A DNA stretch of 64,000 nt. It comes from Raja brachyura (Eukaryota). Under the pieces are notes generated by a model. It did no database searches. It saw only the letters and a list, made by a program, of their open reading frames with translations, and was not told where the DNA came from. Positions 24,786 to 36,479 of the stretch are shown here, piece by piece. The stretch lies in NCBI GenBank assembly GCA_963514005.1, contig OY740811.1, forward strand, positions 27,838,001 to 27,902,000, given 5' to 3'. Position numbers and translations under genes: made by a program. Position 1 is the stretch's first letter, and each line of letters starts with the position of its first letter.

Positions 24786-24840
24786 CTTATTTTCTTTGGT
24801 AAAATGTGAGAGTGATCCAAATGATGAAACTTTCATGCAC
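24786..24840 (-). CDS. Oxidoreductase exon: (R)CMKVSSFGSLSHFTKENK
   Basis: Acceptor tatttttaag, donor gttag. 55 nt, phase 2-0, matching the preceding exon. VSSFGSL.HF motif. Confidence 0.92.
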
Positions 24841-25015
24841 CTTAAAAATAAATGGAAACAGAAGTGTAAGCAGGTACTGTATATGAAAAAGCACGATCTC
24901 CAATTTTCTGTTTAACTGCAGCCCTTAACGTTCACGGTCACAGAAAATGTGAGTGTAGGAGACACAAAAGACTGCAAATGCTGGAATCTTGAGCAAAAAA
25001 CTAAGAGACGAAAAA

Positions 25016-25110
25016 GGGTACACAAAAGGCTGGAGAAACTCAGCGGGTGCAGCAGCATCTAAGGAGCGAAGGAGATAGGCGACGTTTCGGGTCGAGACCC
25101 TTCTTCAGAC
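25016..25110 (-). mobile_element. Young hammerhead element, copy 2, intact core at 25081-25108
   Basis: Minus strand reads CTGAAGA-A-GGGTC-TC-GACCC-GAAA-CG-TC. Confidence 0.85.
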
Positions 25111-26033
25111 TGCAAAAACTCAGTGGATCAGGCAGCATCTGAGGGGGAAAGCACAGGTGACATTTCGAGTTCGGCCAATGGTCTTGAAATTTCCCCTTCA
25201 AGTCACACATTGTCCTGATGTAGTGATAAATTGGTGTTCCTTCATCATTACTGAGTCTAAATCAAAGAGATGAGCACCAACACTGTGAGAGTGCCTTCAT
25301 CAGAAGAAATGTAGTGATTCAAGGGGAATAAATTGCTATTAGGGATATACAATAAATGATGGCTTTGCCAGCAAGTCCCACATCCTGAAAAGTTAACAAA
25401 TTACATTTGCAAAATAATGATAATTGTTAAAAGCTTTCTTCTCTGATTATTAAAATATCCTTGATTATTGATATTAAATTAACGCAACTTGCAGTCACAG
25501 TAATATGGAAACATCCAGCCATTTTCATTTCAAATAACATATTTGTAATTTGGGTACTACAAATGCTAGAATCAGATATCAAACCATTTTTCTTGAAGCA
25601 TAAATGGATTCCTGCTGTTCTCATTAAAGAGGAAAAAAAGTTATTTGTACACTTGATGACTTCATTCCTCACATACTATGTTTGAGCAACTTCAATCTTC
25701 CCACCAAAAATAAATGTTCCCAGGAACTGATCACTCATTACATCTGGCTCTGTTTACACACTATTGGCAAGTTGATTCATCACAAACCATCGCTGATGCT
25801 GTTTTCAACCAGAGTTCACTCGTGTGTTTTTTCCCCCAGCAGTTGTGTTTTGATAAAGATCAGCAACAGAAACACTCCCTGAAGAGGGGGTGGGAGGTAG
25901 GAGTGAAACTAAAATGAGCTAACTCAGTGCAGCAATTGAAACTGGGGACTTCTATGTTACTTTTATTCTTATTTCAAATAGTCTGAGCAGAAATATAACT
26001 TTCTTTAAACGCATTGTTTTGCAATTATTTCAC

Positions 26034-26161
26034 CTTTTTCCAATCAAGCTGTTGATGATGTCAATGTCATGGCAAGATTTAGCCAATAATGAGAAGGTGC
26101 TCTCTTGCTCATTTCTCCAATTCCCTCGGACAAATGAGTGAGCAAAATGATAAAAACCAAC
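26034..26161 (-). CDS. Oxidoreductase exon: [42 protein letters not shown](R)
   Basis: Acceptor gtattctag, donor gtgaaa. 128 nt, phase 0-2. Contains HSFVRGNW and the putative catalytic [10 protein letters not shown] motif. Confidence 0.95.
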
Positions 26162-27497
26162 CTAGAATACAGAAAACAAAAACATTCACTCTCATTAGTA
26201 AAAACTTTAATTGTACGGAAAGAAAAGTTTTAACTTTTTAATGGATCTTTGCTAATTACATGTAATATTGTGTATTAATATGAACCTCAATCAGATCTGA
26301 TAAATACATGTAAGACCAAAACAGAAAACAGCCATTATCCAGAGAGACATAAAATAATGCAGTTTAAAAAGCAACCATGGTCAGGCATAATGTGATTAAT
26401 CGGATAGCTCTCTTAAATAAGCTGACACAGACACACAAAGGACAAATAGCCTCTTCAACGAAAGCACAATTTTCCTCATTTTACATGTTTTTTACTCAAT
26501 GTGCTTCATGAACAATACCATAGAAAAAATTGAATGCATTAATTTATGAAAACTAGAAAAGGTGAATGGAGTCATGGATAATGTCACCATTCACAATTAA
26601 TATTTATGCCTTCCCTCTTCGATACACTAGTGAGAATTGGTGCATTGGCAATTCCACGAGTATATTAGTGCAGTGGGAATTCTCTACGTGCTAACAAACA
26701 AATGCACTGGCCATAAAAGGAAAAGGACAGAAAACGAACAAAAAGTAAAGAAAGAGATAAAAAGCTAAACCTAGCAGGAAAACGCAGTATGGAAAGGATG
26801 GACAGTGTGGTGTCGGCACATATGAAGAAAACAAACGGTAGGGGAAATCTTATGGCCGAGAGGGCAAAGGCATTGAACAAGATAAACTAATACATTCCAA
26901 ATTTAATTTACAGTCTATCTTAAATCGGCTGACTTCAGCCAGTATGTCAATGGGGTTGCTACAATTTCATGTGAACTTCATATGAACAAAATATCCAACT
27001 TACTGTACTCTCATTTGTCTGGTATTTAGATATCTGAAATTTATAAGCAACTGGTAAAATTTTCCAACAATATTAAGCCATTTCATACATTTGTTTTCAG
27101 AAATGTGAACTTAGTTTGGTGCTCTGGTTCTGATGCAATATTGTTCATCCACAATCTCCCGTCAGCCTACAGCATAACCGCCACCACATAGAAACATAGA
27201 AAAATAGGTACAGGAGTAGGTCATTCGACTCTTCGAGTCAGCACGCTAAAATCAGTACCCCATTCCTGCTTTTTCCTCCATATTCGTCGATTCCTTCAGC
27301 CCTTAGAGCTAAATCTAACTCTCACTTGAAAACATTCAGTTCCTTTTTTGTTTATTTATTTTATATACAAAAGGGGAAGTGTGGTTATAGGCTCATTGAA
27401 AGCAACATGTGACACCAGTACAGTCATTAATTTGATTCAATGTTTCTGTATTTCACCTTAATACTATGTAGCCTTTACAATTAGAATTGCAGTGTAA

Positions 27498-27825
27498 TGG
27501 GCCTGTCCCACTTGCTGATTTTTTAGGCAACTGCCGCCAACTGTCATAGTTGTAACAGGTCGCCGAAAAACCAGGGACAACCTACGTCATCCTGGCAACA
27601 ACATACGACAGCACCTACTACAGGAGAAGTCAAGCTACGCTCATTGGCGTCCAACCCACTGTCGCCAAAAAACGTTCAACATGTTGAAAATTTAGCGGCG
27701 AGCAGAAAGACGCTACGGCTTGTTGCGCGACTGAGGAGACTACTCCCGGCGACCACCGGCAAACATGTGGTGACAAACTAGTCACCTGTAGTTGCCTAAA
27801 AAATCGCCTAAGTGGGACCGGCCCA
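27498..27825. mobile_element. PIF/Harbinger-type MITE
   Basis: TIRs TGGGCCTGTCCCACTT...ttttttaggcaact / agttgcctaaaaaa...AAGTGGGACCGGCCCA. TAA TSD at 27495-27497 and 27826-27828. Confidence 0.9.
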
Positions 27826-28774
27826 TAAGATACTGTAATTTAAAAGGGTAAGGAGATGACATATAGTTTGGCAATTTAAAGGTTTTTGCATGAAATATTA
27901 GTGTGTGATGTACTGTAATGTTTTTTGGAGTAACTCTCAGGCAACCATCACACCCATTGCCCATATTAAATTAGCCGTCAATAATTTAATATTGAGACTT
28001 CCAGATGCAAAATGGTAATTTGGGTAAAATACCAGTGTTCTGCCATTATCTATGGAACAGAGTATTTCCTGGAGAAAGGGAAAAAAAGGTGGTGACAAAT
28101 CTAACCGTTTTAAAAAAAATCAACCTTATTATGGTTGCATTGGCCAATCCCAAAACCTTGCATTGCACTGAAGCATTAAATGCAATCCTGCATTGAAAAA
28201 CATACCAACTCATAAACATACGAACAGCATAAAATCATGATTGGTCGGATCTTAGCTCAACTTCACTCTCATGGTTTACCCCTTTACTTTCGGGTTCCCT
28301 GCAGTCCATAAAGGAGTCTATCGCAGCCTGAATACATTTAATCAGCCAGCCTTCACAGTTCTCTGGGATAGGAAGTTCCAAAAATTCACAAAGTCAAAAA
28401 TATCGTTCCTCGTTGTTCCTAAATGTGTAGTCCTTGTTCTGAAATTATGCTCCCCTAGTTCCAGATTAGCCCATGAAAAAAAACCCTCCCTGCATCTACA
28501 CTGTCGAGTCAACCTTTTTTGGTGAGTTTTCCACGATTACACTTCGTTCCAATAATCAATCTAGTAATCTTTCTCTGAACCGCCATTAAACAAAACCACA
28601 AAATCACAGCAGATTACTCCAGTTGAGGCCTCAGCAACATCCAATGGAGCAGGACCTCTTTAGCCACAGATGAAGTTTCTGAATCTGAACGGTGGCAACT
28701 GTTGTACCATTATTAAAGAGGGGCAGCAATAACAGGACAGAGAAGTATAGGCTGATGAGCCTGACATAATTGGT

Positions 28775-28936
28775 CTTCTTATCTGGTCCACACACAAGAT
28801 CAGAAGTTGTTCAGTCAGAGATGAACACACTTCTCGGCATCTGCATACAATGGTGTCGGTCTTGCGTTTCTTGTGCGTGGTGGTGGAAAGATTGGTGAAA
28901 ACAGGGCCGCAACATGAACGCTCTTTCCTTGACCCC
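28775..28936 (-). mobile_element. Ribozyme-headed short retroposon, second family, inserted in a CR1 relic
   Basis: Ends in AAGAAG. Degenerate TSD acataattggt (28764-28774) / aaatcattggt (28938-28948). Interrupts a continuous CR1 RT fragment. Confidence 0.75.
28885..28936 (-). ncRNA. Second minimal HDV-like ribozyme (predicted, partly CpG-decayed)
   Basis: Minus strand reads GGGGTC-AA-GGAAAGA-GCG-TTCATGT-TGC-GGCCCT-G-TTTTCA-CCAA-TCTTTCC. P1 is 6 bp with G1-U, P2 is 7 bp perfect, P3 is GCG/TGC. Confidence 0.75.
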
Positions 28937-30544
28937 AAAATCATTGGTGGGAAAGTAGTTGTAGAGGATTCACTGCATTTGGATGGGCATAGCCTGATTA
29001 TGGATAGTCCGCATGACTTTTGAGTCTTGCAAATCTGATAGAGTTTTTGAAGAGATCACCAAGAGGATTGATGAGGACAGTGCAGTGGATGTCATGTATA
29101 TTAACTTTAGTAAGAGCTTTCACAAGCATCCACATGGAAGGCTAGTCAGCAGGGTTAAATCACATAGCATCCAAGGTGAGCTAGCCAATTCGATTCAAAA
29201 CTGACTTGGATGAATAAGTCAAAGGATAATTGTGTAGGAAAAAAGGCACAATGCTGGAATAACTCAGCAGATCAGGCAGCAACCCTGGAAAACATGGATA
29301 GGTGACGACAATCAGACCACAATCAGTCTGAAGAAGGGTCCTTACTCGAAACTTCACCTATCCATGTCCTCCAGAAATGTCTGACCCATTGAGTCAATCC
29401 AACATTATGTGTCTTTTTTTGTAAACCAACATCTGTAGTTTCTTCTGATAATTGTGGAGGGTTGTTTTTTTCCTGATTGGAGGCCCATAACCCGTAGTGT
29501 GCTATAGGGACCTGTGCTGGGACTACTGATGTTTCTTATCTACATTAACGATTTTGATGACAATATAACTAACATTGTAAAATAAATTGAAGAAGGCAAC
29601 AAAATTAATGGTATTGAGGACAGTGAGGAAAGATTTCTACGTTTACAACAAGATCTAGGTCAGTAGGAAGGTGCGACCCAGAATGGTAAATGGAATTTAA
29701 CTCTAAAAAGTGTGAGGTATTGCAATTTGGCATGTGAAACCAGGGCAGGACTTTCACAGTAAATGGTAGAGTCCTGGCGGGTGTTGTAGAGCAAAGAAAT
29801 CTTGCAGACAGGTGCATGGTTCTTTGAAAGTGGCAAATCAGGTGAACAGAGTAGTAAAGGCATTTGGTACGCTTGTTTTCATTGGGAAAAGTACAAAGAT
29901 AGGCATATCAAGATGAAGCTGTACAATTCATAATTGGAGTATTGTTCTGGTCACGCAGATATAGGAAGGAATTATCTGCACCCAGATATAGGAAGGATGT
30001 CATTAAGTTGGAAAGGGTGTAGATAAGATTCACCAGAATGCTACCTGAACCTCTGGGCTTGAGTTATAGGGAGAGGTTGGAAAGGCTTGGACTTAATACT
30101 TTGTAACATAGGAGGCTGAGGGATGACCGTATTGAGGCTCATGGATAAAGTGAATCCCCACGGTCTTTTTCCCAAGGTAAAGGATTCTAAACCTTGAGGG
30201 CATATGATAACGACAAGAAGGGAGAAATTCAAGAGGGATCTCAGGATGACTTTTTCCATTCAGAGGATAGTTTGTATCCAGAGTAAGCTGTCAGAGGAAG
30301 CTATGGAAGCAGATACAATTACTCTTTCAAAAGGTATTTGAACATATATATGGATAGAAAGGGTTTAGAGGGGTATGTGCCAAATGTTGGCAAACAGTTG
30401 TAGACCAAATTCCCAACTTGGTGGGTATGGACCAGGTTGGGGTGCAGGGCCTGTTTCCATGCTGTATAACTCTATGACTCTGATTTTGTTGCCTCAACAC
30501 TCCATCACCTTTGCAATATCACATTTCCCAACCTAATTACTTCT

Positions 30545-30655
30545 ACACCCTGGATCGCTTGGGTGAGGGTGTCTGATGTTGAAAGACCCGAAACACCCAA
30601 TGACCCCAGGTTGCATCACTGATGATGTGTTCAGGAGCATCAATAGATGTATTTT
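30545..30655 (+). mobile_element. 3' UTR fragment of a Hero-like (restriction-endonuclease-type) non-LTR element
   Basis: gggtgagggtgtctgatgttgaaagacccgaaacacccaatgaccccagg...actgatgatgtgt, recognised from memory only. Confidence 0.45.
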
Positions 30656-31685
30656 TTTATCAATATACCTACACACTATCATTGCTCTGCAACACTCCAG
30701 GTTGTACCTTAACACATATACCTTAATACATGTTTTTCATGTATTAAGGTACCCAGATTCATCTATACAATATCCTGTATTTCTGTTTCCATACTCATGG
30801 ATATCATCACATTACGCACCATTTGCTATTTTTTGCGCCCCCCACCCCCCAACATCTCTGAAACTATTTGTGCCCTCCATACAATTTGCCTTCCTACATC
30901 GTTTTATCCTATGCAAATTTGACCGTTTAGGAATGGAATTCATTGAAGAAGAATCAATGTGTAACATTTTGTCATATAGTTAAAGACCGTCACACGCACA
31001 TATGAAAAGAGTCCAGAGAGATCTTTCATTCCAATCTGTCCCATTCAAGCAATGTAAACTAAACTAGCAACCCCCTACCCCAATCTCCAGCACAGTGGTT
31101 TCCAAGGAGAACAAATCTCCTAACACAAACCATTAATTCAGGACTGCAGTGACAGTTCTAAGGAAGGTAAACCATGCCGCTGCATATGTGGCCCTTCACT
31201 GAGGCTCATAATAGGTTCCCTCTCCGTGCATGGGACTGTTACATAAACTACATTGACAGTGAACTGGAGAGTACTGCATGTCAAAGTTGTCATTCTATGA
31301 ATAAAAAACTAAACTGAGGCATGATCTTCAGTGGATCAGCTACTGGTGATGATAAAGATTCCACGGCACTATTTGATGATCAACAGAAAGTTCTCCGAAT
31401 GTTGGACAAAACTTTTCTCTATTAACCAATATCACAACAAATATCAATATACTGTTTATAATCAGTATACATATTCAAGTAATACAATAGAGCTCTAATA
31501 CTCTGGCATGCTTGTAACTTTAGTGGTGACTGACTGGTAAATAGTCCAGACTGTTGGAAATTACTGTTTATTACTTAAACACATGTTTAATTATCTTTTT
31601 TTTTCCCCTAAGATGTTAGTGTGATAATAAATTATCTAGTGAACGTGGTAAGTTTAAAAACTAACATGAGAATCGTGATCCTAGT

Positions 31686-31739
31686 GGGGTGGGAGATTGC
31701 AACCTTCACGTGGTCCATCCTGTTTCGACAAATGCAATC
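31686..31739 (+). ncRNA. Minimal HDV-like self-cleaving ribozyme (predicted)
   Basis: P1 GGGGTGG/CCATCCT with G1-U wobble. P2 GATTGCA/TGCAATC. P3 ACC/GGT. L3 TTCACGT. P1.1 G, mini-P4 T-TTCG-A, J4/2 CAAA with catalytic C at 31729. Confidence 0.82.
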
Positions 31740-31858
31740 GACCCGGCGTGCACAATCAAATAAGATCAAATAGAACAAGTTGTCCGACAACTTTAGGCTG
31801 TGCACTCAATATGAAAGAAGAAGAAGAAGAAGAAGAAGAATAATAAGAAGAAGAAGAA
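31686..31858 (+). mobile_element. Ribozyme-headed short retroposon (non-autonomous; Ingi/Vingi- or RTE-like partner inferred) with (GAA)n tail
   Basis: TSD gtgatcctagt(g) 31675-31686 / gtgaccctagt(g) 31859-31870. (GAA)n tail ~31815-31858. The 5' end coincides with the predicted cleavage site. Confidence 0.85.
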
Positions 31859-32544
31859 GTGACCCTAGTGAGGAGAACCAACAAATCTCCTAACGGGAAC
31901 CATTAATTTTGGATTGCAGTGACAATTGTAATGAAGGTAAACCATTTTATCTCTGGAGCCCATGTTAGTGTAAAGAGAGCATGGAAAACTGTTGCCCCAG
32001 TAAATAGAAAAAGAGCACAGCACAGAGAGTAAGGGGAGAGCAGAACTAGGGTTCTGGGGAGTGGATAGGGAGCACATAACTGGGGCACTGTAGTGCAGCA
32101 AACATCAACTAGTGAGCCAGGTGCCAAACTACAGCATTTCCAAACCGTCAGTCAGTGGACTGAACTTTTACTGCATGATAAATCTCCAAAAAGCTACTTC
32201 TTAAATACAGGCTTGACGTTCTCTATATTTGGTCAGCATGGTGGAAGACAAAGGGAAGGATTTGGAATTTTAAATGTTATCTTAAAGTGTATTGGTGTTT
32301 AAATATTTCACCAGCTGGATACTGGTATAAGCTGTTTTTTTTTTGCTCATGAAGTGATTGTTTCCAAAAATGAACGACAAGAAATTGAAACTGATTCTCT
32401 TAATATCCAAAAAGTTGTTAGCCTTTATTGAAAATATTCAGCAGCAGGTCATCCACAGCTATCTAGGATGAAAATTTCCAAAGAGTCACTATTCTCCAGG
32501 AGAAAACATTTATCATCACTTCAATCCAAAGTGGCAGACTGTTA

Positions 32545-34015
32545 GACATACACAAATGTTGGAGTAACTCAGTGGGACAGGCAGCATAGAAACATAGAAA
32601 ATAGGTGCAGGAAGAGGCCATTCGGCCCTTCGAGCCAGCACTGCCATTCATTGTGATCATGGCTGATCGTTGCTATCAATAACCCGTGCCTGCCTTCTCC
32701 CCATATCCCTTGACTCCACTAGCCCCTAGAGCTCTATCCAACTCTCTCTTAAATCCATCCAGTGATTTGGCCTCCACTGCCCTCTGTGGCAGGGAATTCC
32801 ATAAATTCACAACTCTCTGGAATCTCAGGAACGAAGCAATGGGTCACGTATCGGGTCGAGACCCTTCTTCGGACTGTGTCAAGGGTCTAGAAATACGGAA
32901 AGGTAAGGTGTGAAAACAACAGATGTAAGCAGATTATGATAAGGATAAGTGATAAGGATTAAGCCATTTAGAACGGAGACGAGGAAATACTTTTTCTCAC
33001 AGAGAGTTGCGAGTCTGTGGAATTCTCTGCCTCAGAGGGCGGCGGAGGCAGGTTCTCTGGATGCTTTCAAGAGAGAGCTAGATAGGGCTCTTAAAAATAG
33101 AAGAGTCAGGGGATATGGGGAGAAGGCAGGAACGGGGTACTGATTGGGGATGATCAGCCATGATCACATTGAATGGCGGTGCTGGCTGGAAGGGTCAAAT
33201 GGCCTACTCCTGCATCTATTGTCTATATTGTCCATTGATATGTAGAATGGTTCATTGTTAGCTGAGGGGAAGGTGACAAGGAGGCATACACAATCAGTAA
33301 AATTAATCAGAAAGACAGTGAAACTAGTCGGCGAACCAGGGTGGGGTAGGGATGGAGAGGGAAAGCAAGGGTTACTTGAATTTGGAGAAATCAATATTCA
33401 TACCGCTGGTTACACAAAAAGCTGGAGAAACTCAGCGGGTGCAGCAGCATCTAAGGAGCGAAGGAGATAGGCGACGTTTCGGGTCGAGACCCTTCTTCAG
33501 ACGAGACCCTTCTTCTTCATACCGCTGGATTGTAAGCTGTCAAAGCGAAATATGAGCTGCTATTCCTCCAATTTGTGCTGGGCCTCACTCTGACAGTGGA
33601 TGAGGCCCAGGACAGAAAGCTCAGTATGGGAATGAGAGGGGGAGTTAAAGTGTTTAGCAACTGGGAGATCATGGAGGCCTACGTGGACTGAGCAGAGGTG
33701 TTCAGTGAAACAATCTCTGAGCCTGCGCTTGGTCTCGGCGATATATAGGGCACACCTGGAACAGCATATACAGTAGATGAGGTTGGAGGAGGTGCAAGTG
33801 AACCTCTGCCTCACTTAAAAGGACTGTTGGGGTCCTTGAACGGGGTCGAGGGAGGAGGTATAGGGACAAATATTACATCTCCCGTGGTTGCAGGAGAAAG
33901 TACCTGGGGAGGGGGTGGTTTGGGTGGGAAGTGATGAGTTACTCAGGGAGTTGCAGAGGGAACATTTTGTGACTATTTTTAGTGTAAACCAGAATGTGCA
34001 GTTCCTTCTTACACA
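32545..34015 (-). mobile_element. Penelope-like element 3' part (GIY-YIG endonuclease remnant + pseudo-LTR) with three nested insertions
   Basis: ORF 33560..33814 contains NLIYCI..LYIAETKR..EH. Nested CR1 tails at ~32585-32820 (-) and ~32952-33230 (+), and a hammerhead element at 33410-33515. Confidence 0.85.
33410..33515 (-). mobile_element. Young hammerhead element, copy 3, intact core at 33473-33500, 13-bp TSD
   Basis: TSD ttcataccgctgg at 33397-33409 and 33516-33528. Confidence 0.9.
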
Positions 34016-35678
34016 TGACAAACTGTTATCATGTTTCTGCATACCCCAGCAATGAAAACAACATCCCTGATTTTATCCTTTCTATTTTGTATGGTTCAAT
34101 GAGATCACGTCTCATTTTTGTCAAATGCCAGAGAGTGTAGGCCCCTTCTCAGGGATCAAACTGGTGAATCTTTGTTACACTCCTATTTTTGCAAGTATAT
34201 GCTTCCTTAGGGAGCAAATCTGTACACAATAAGCCAGGTGGAGTCTAATCAGGATACTACATAACTTCAATAGAACTCTGAATGCAAGATGTCATATTCT
34301 TAGCTCAGATTTAAAATTATTGAGTGTACTTTTGAGTGTACATTTGTGAGTAGGGTTTTGCAAATTGTTCAAAATCAATAAGACCACACATGAAGCAAGT
34401 TTTATGTCTTTATTTATTTACACACAATCAGCTAAAGTACCTTGCATAAATCTGTGCATGAAAGAATCATTCAGCTATTTGATTTCAGAAAGATAAATAT
34501 AATTGTGTAATTTGAAATTAAAATGGAAATACTCTCATGAAAGTATTGTTCTGGTGTTGATAGCCTGATGAATAATTTATTTTTGGGGGGAAATAGAACA
34601 ATTTTATTTTGAGAACGGTCAGGCACTACTTTTCTTCCACTGTAAATGCTGTGTAATTAATATTGAGACACTGCTCAAACATACCTTGAGTGTCAGGAGC
34701 ACAGTGTAGATCACAGCAAACACATACACCAGAAAGGAACACTGAAGCTCATTTAGGAACAGGAAATCCATGCAGATACATCCCAAAGCCAACCCAGATG
34801 TGATGAGCTTAAATAACTTCGTGCACTTTTCAAATTCAACTTTTATTAAAGATAATTTAGTGGAGTGGAATAGAAATGTGATTATTTCCCAGTAGAAAAG
34901 AACCTGTTGCAAACGACAGTAAGTAATACTATTGTAGAATAACAATAAGTACAGTATTCAGAATTTAAAAAAAACATACAACCAATACTGATCCTTATTG
35001 AAACAAATCTCTTTCAAAACCATTTGGACCATATCTTAAAGAGAATATAAATTAAAATCCCAGGAATTATTTTAGCTAATTGATTCAAATATACCATTTA
35101 TTGCCCCCTTAGGGGGTAGGATACATTGAAAATATTGGTGTCACCGCTGTACACACGTTTCCTCTAACAAAGATATAAATCCTACTGTTGTTTGCAACTA
35201 GTTTTTTTCCCCCACTTATCAACCACTCATGGCAAAAATGACTAGCAGCCATTTGTTCAGGTGCAGCCTCACAACTGCTTCATTTATGCTGTCCAGCTCT
35301 TGCCACCATCTCCAAGCACAGTGCTGCAGACAGAGCAATGCCACAAAACAAACCTGATTGTAGTGTGAAAAGTACAGGAGAAGCACATTGGAGCTGGCAG
35401 AAAAGAAAAATCACAGCAAGAGTTAAAGATAAAAGGAAGAGGTGGGTTTTTTTAAGTCACTTTTCAGCAATTAAAATTCTGGTATCTGGCAGGAACGTTT
35501 TTAAAAAAGAATGCATTCTCACTGTAGCTCTGCTTTAAAGTTAATTAGTTTGAAACCTGTTATGCTTTTAGATTTCCGTTAAAGAAATAACGTCAGCAGC
35601 TTCTATATTCAGTAAGACTTGCTGTCCCTTTAATTGATGGAAATAAAAGCCTTTCATGAAGAATCAAGTAATACTCAC

Positions 35679-35735
35679 AGGTTCCAGATGTTGGATGTGG
35701 ACCACTTCTCCTATCACTCCCTGGCTCAGCAGCTC
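35679..35735 (-). CDS. Oxidoreductase exon: ELLSQGVIGEVVHIQHLEP
   Basis: Acceptor tttgtgcag, donor gtgagt. 57 nt, phase 0-0. G.IG motif in the expected position. Confidence 0.9.
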
Positions 35736-36479
35736 CTGCACAAATAAACCGTGACATCATTCGGTGGATTTGCATCTTGCAATCAGCAACCACGTTTCCA
35801 TTACTATCACTTGCACCAACATCCTATCAAACCTCGGCATGCAAATTCTACTCTAAAACGTATGCAAGCCCCTACACCACAGCTCATGAATCCCCTCCAC
35901 ATCAGTGTTGACATCTAAGTCAGATCTCCACCTTCTTTCTCTCTTTATTTGCTGTGTTGTGAACATGATGGAAAATTCCACTCCAAAAAGCAAGAGGGCG
36001 GTTCTGTGGGCAGAGTTAAGAATTCAGACACTGAACAGACTACCCAGAAATAATCTTGTCACTCAAATGTGCACTGGGCTTTCACAGGAAATAGCCTGGT
36101 TTAGCACACAGAGAACTGAAACGCGAAAAGCAACCTTCGGGGCTTTCTGTCCGCCATTACATTTTATTTTGCTGATTTGCTCAAAATGAAATTATTATTT
36201 GTTATTTAAATCTCGTATGCATTATTTTTAACTCTTCACAACCACAAATATCAAGAAGAGAAATGTAAACAATCAAATTAATTAAAAGTACTTGCACTGT
36301 CAAAATACATAACACTTCACTTACAACACCAACGGATTATGAAAATAGCTGCTGTAACCAAAGGGACTTTCCACAAAAGGTGAAATGAATGTTTCCAAAA
36401 AGCAAGTATATCGTGGTAAGGAAGACCAACCAAACTACTCTGTTGTTTTGATGCAAGGGTACACATGAAAAATGGAATT

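Larger units (their letters stand above)
28690..30481 (+). mobile_element. Degraded CR1/HER1 LINE with nested insertions
   Basis: RT remnants (AVDVMYINFSKSF, ORF 29013) and an actctatgactct tail. Interrupted by the HDV element (28775-28936) and an inverted Penelope-derived pair (~29240-29445, near-intact hammerhead core 29328-29355). Confidence 0.85.

Noticed and set aside
30566-30600. CTGATG...GAAAC as a hammerhead ribozyme
   Set aside because: The core is CTGATGT rather than CUGANGA, with no stem III/UH arrangement. It is better explained as a stem-loop in a LINE 3' UTR.
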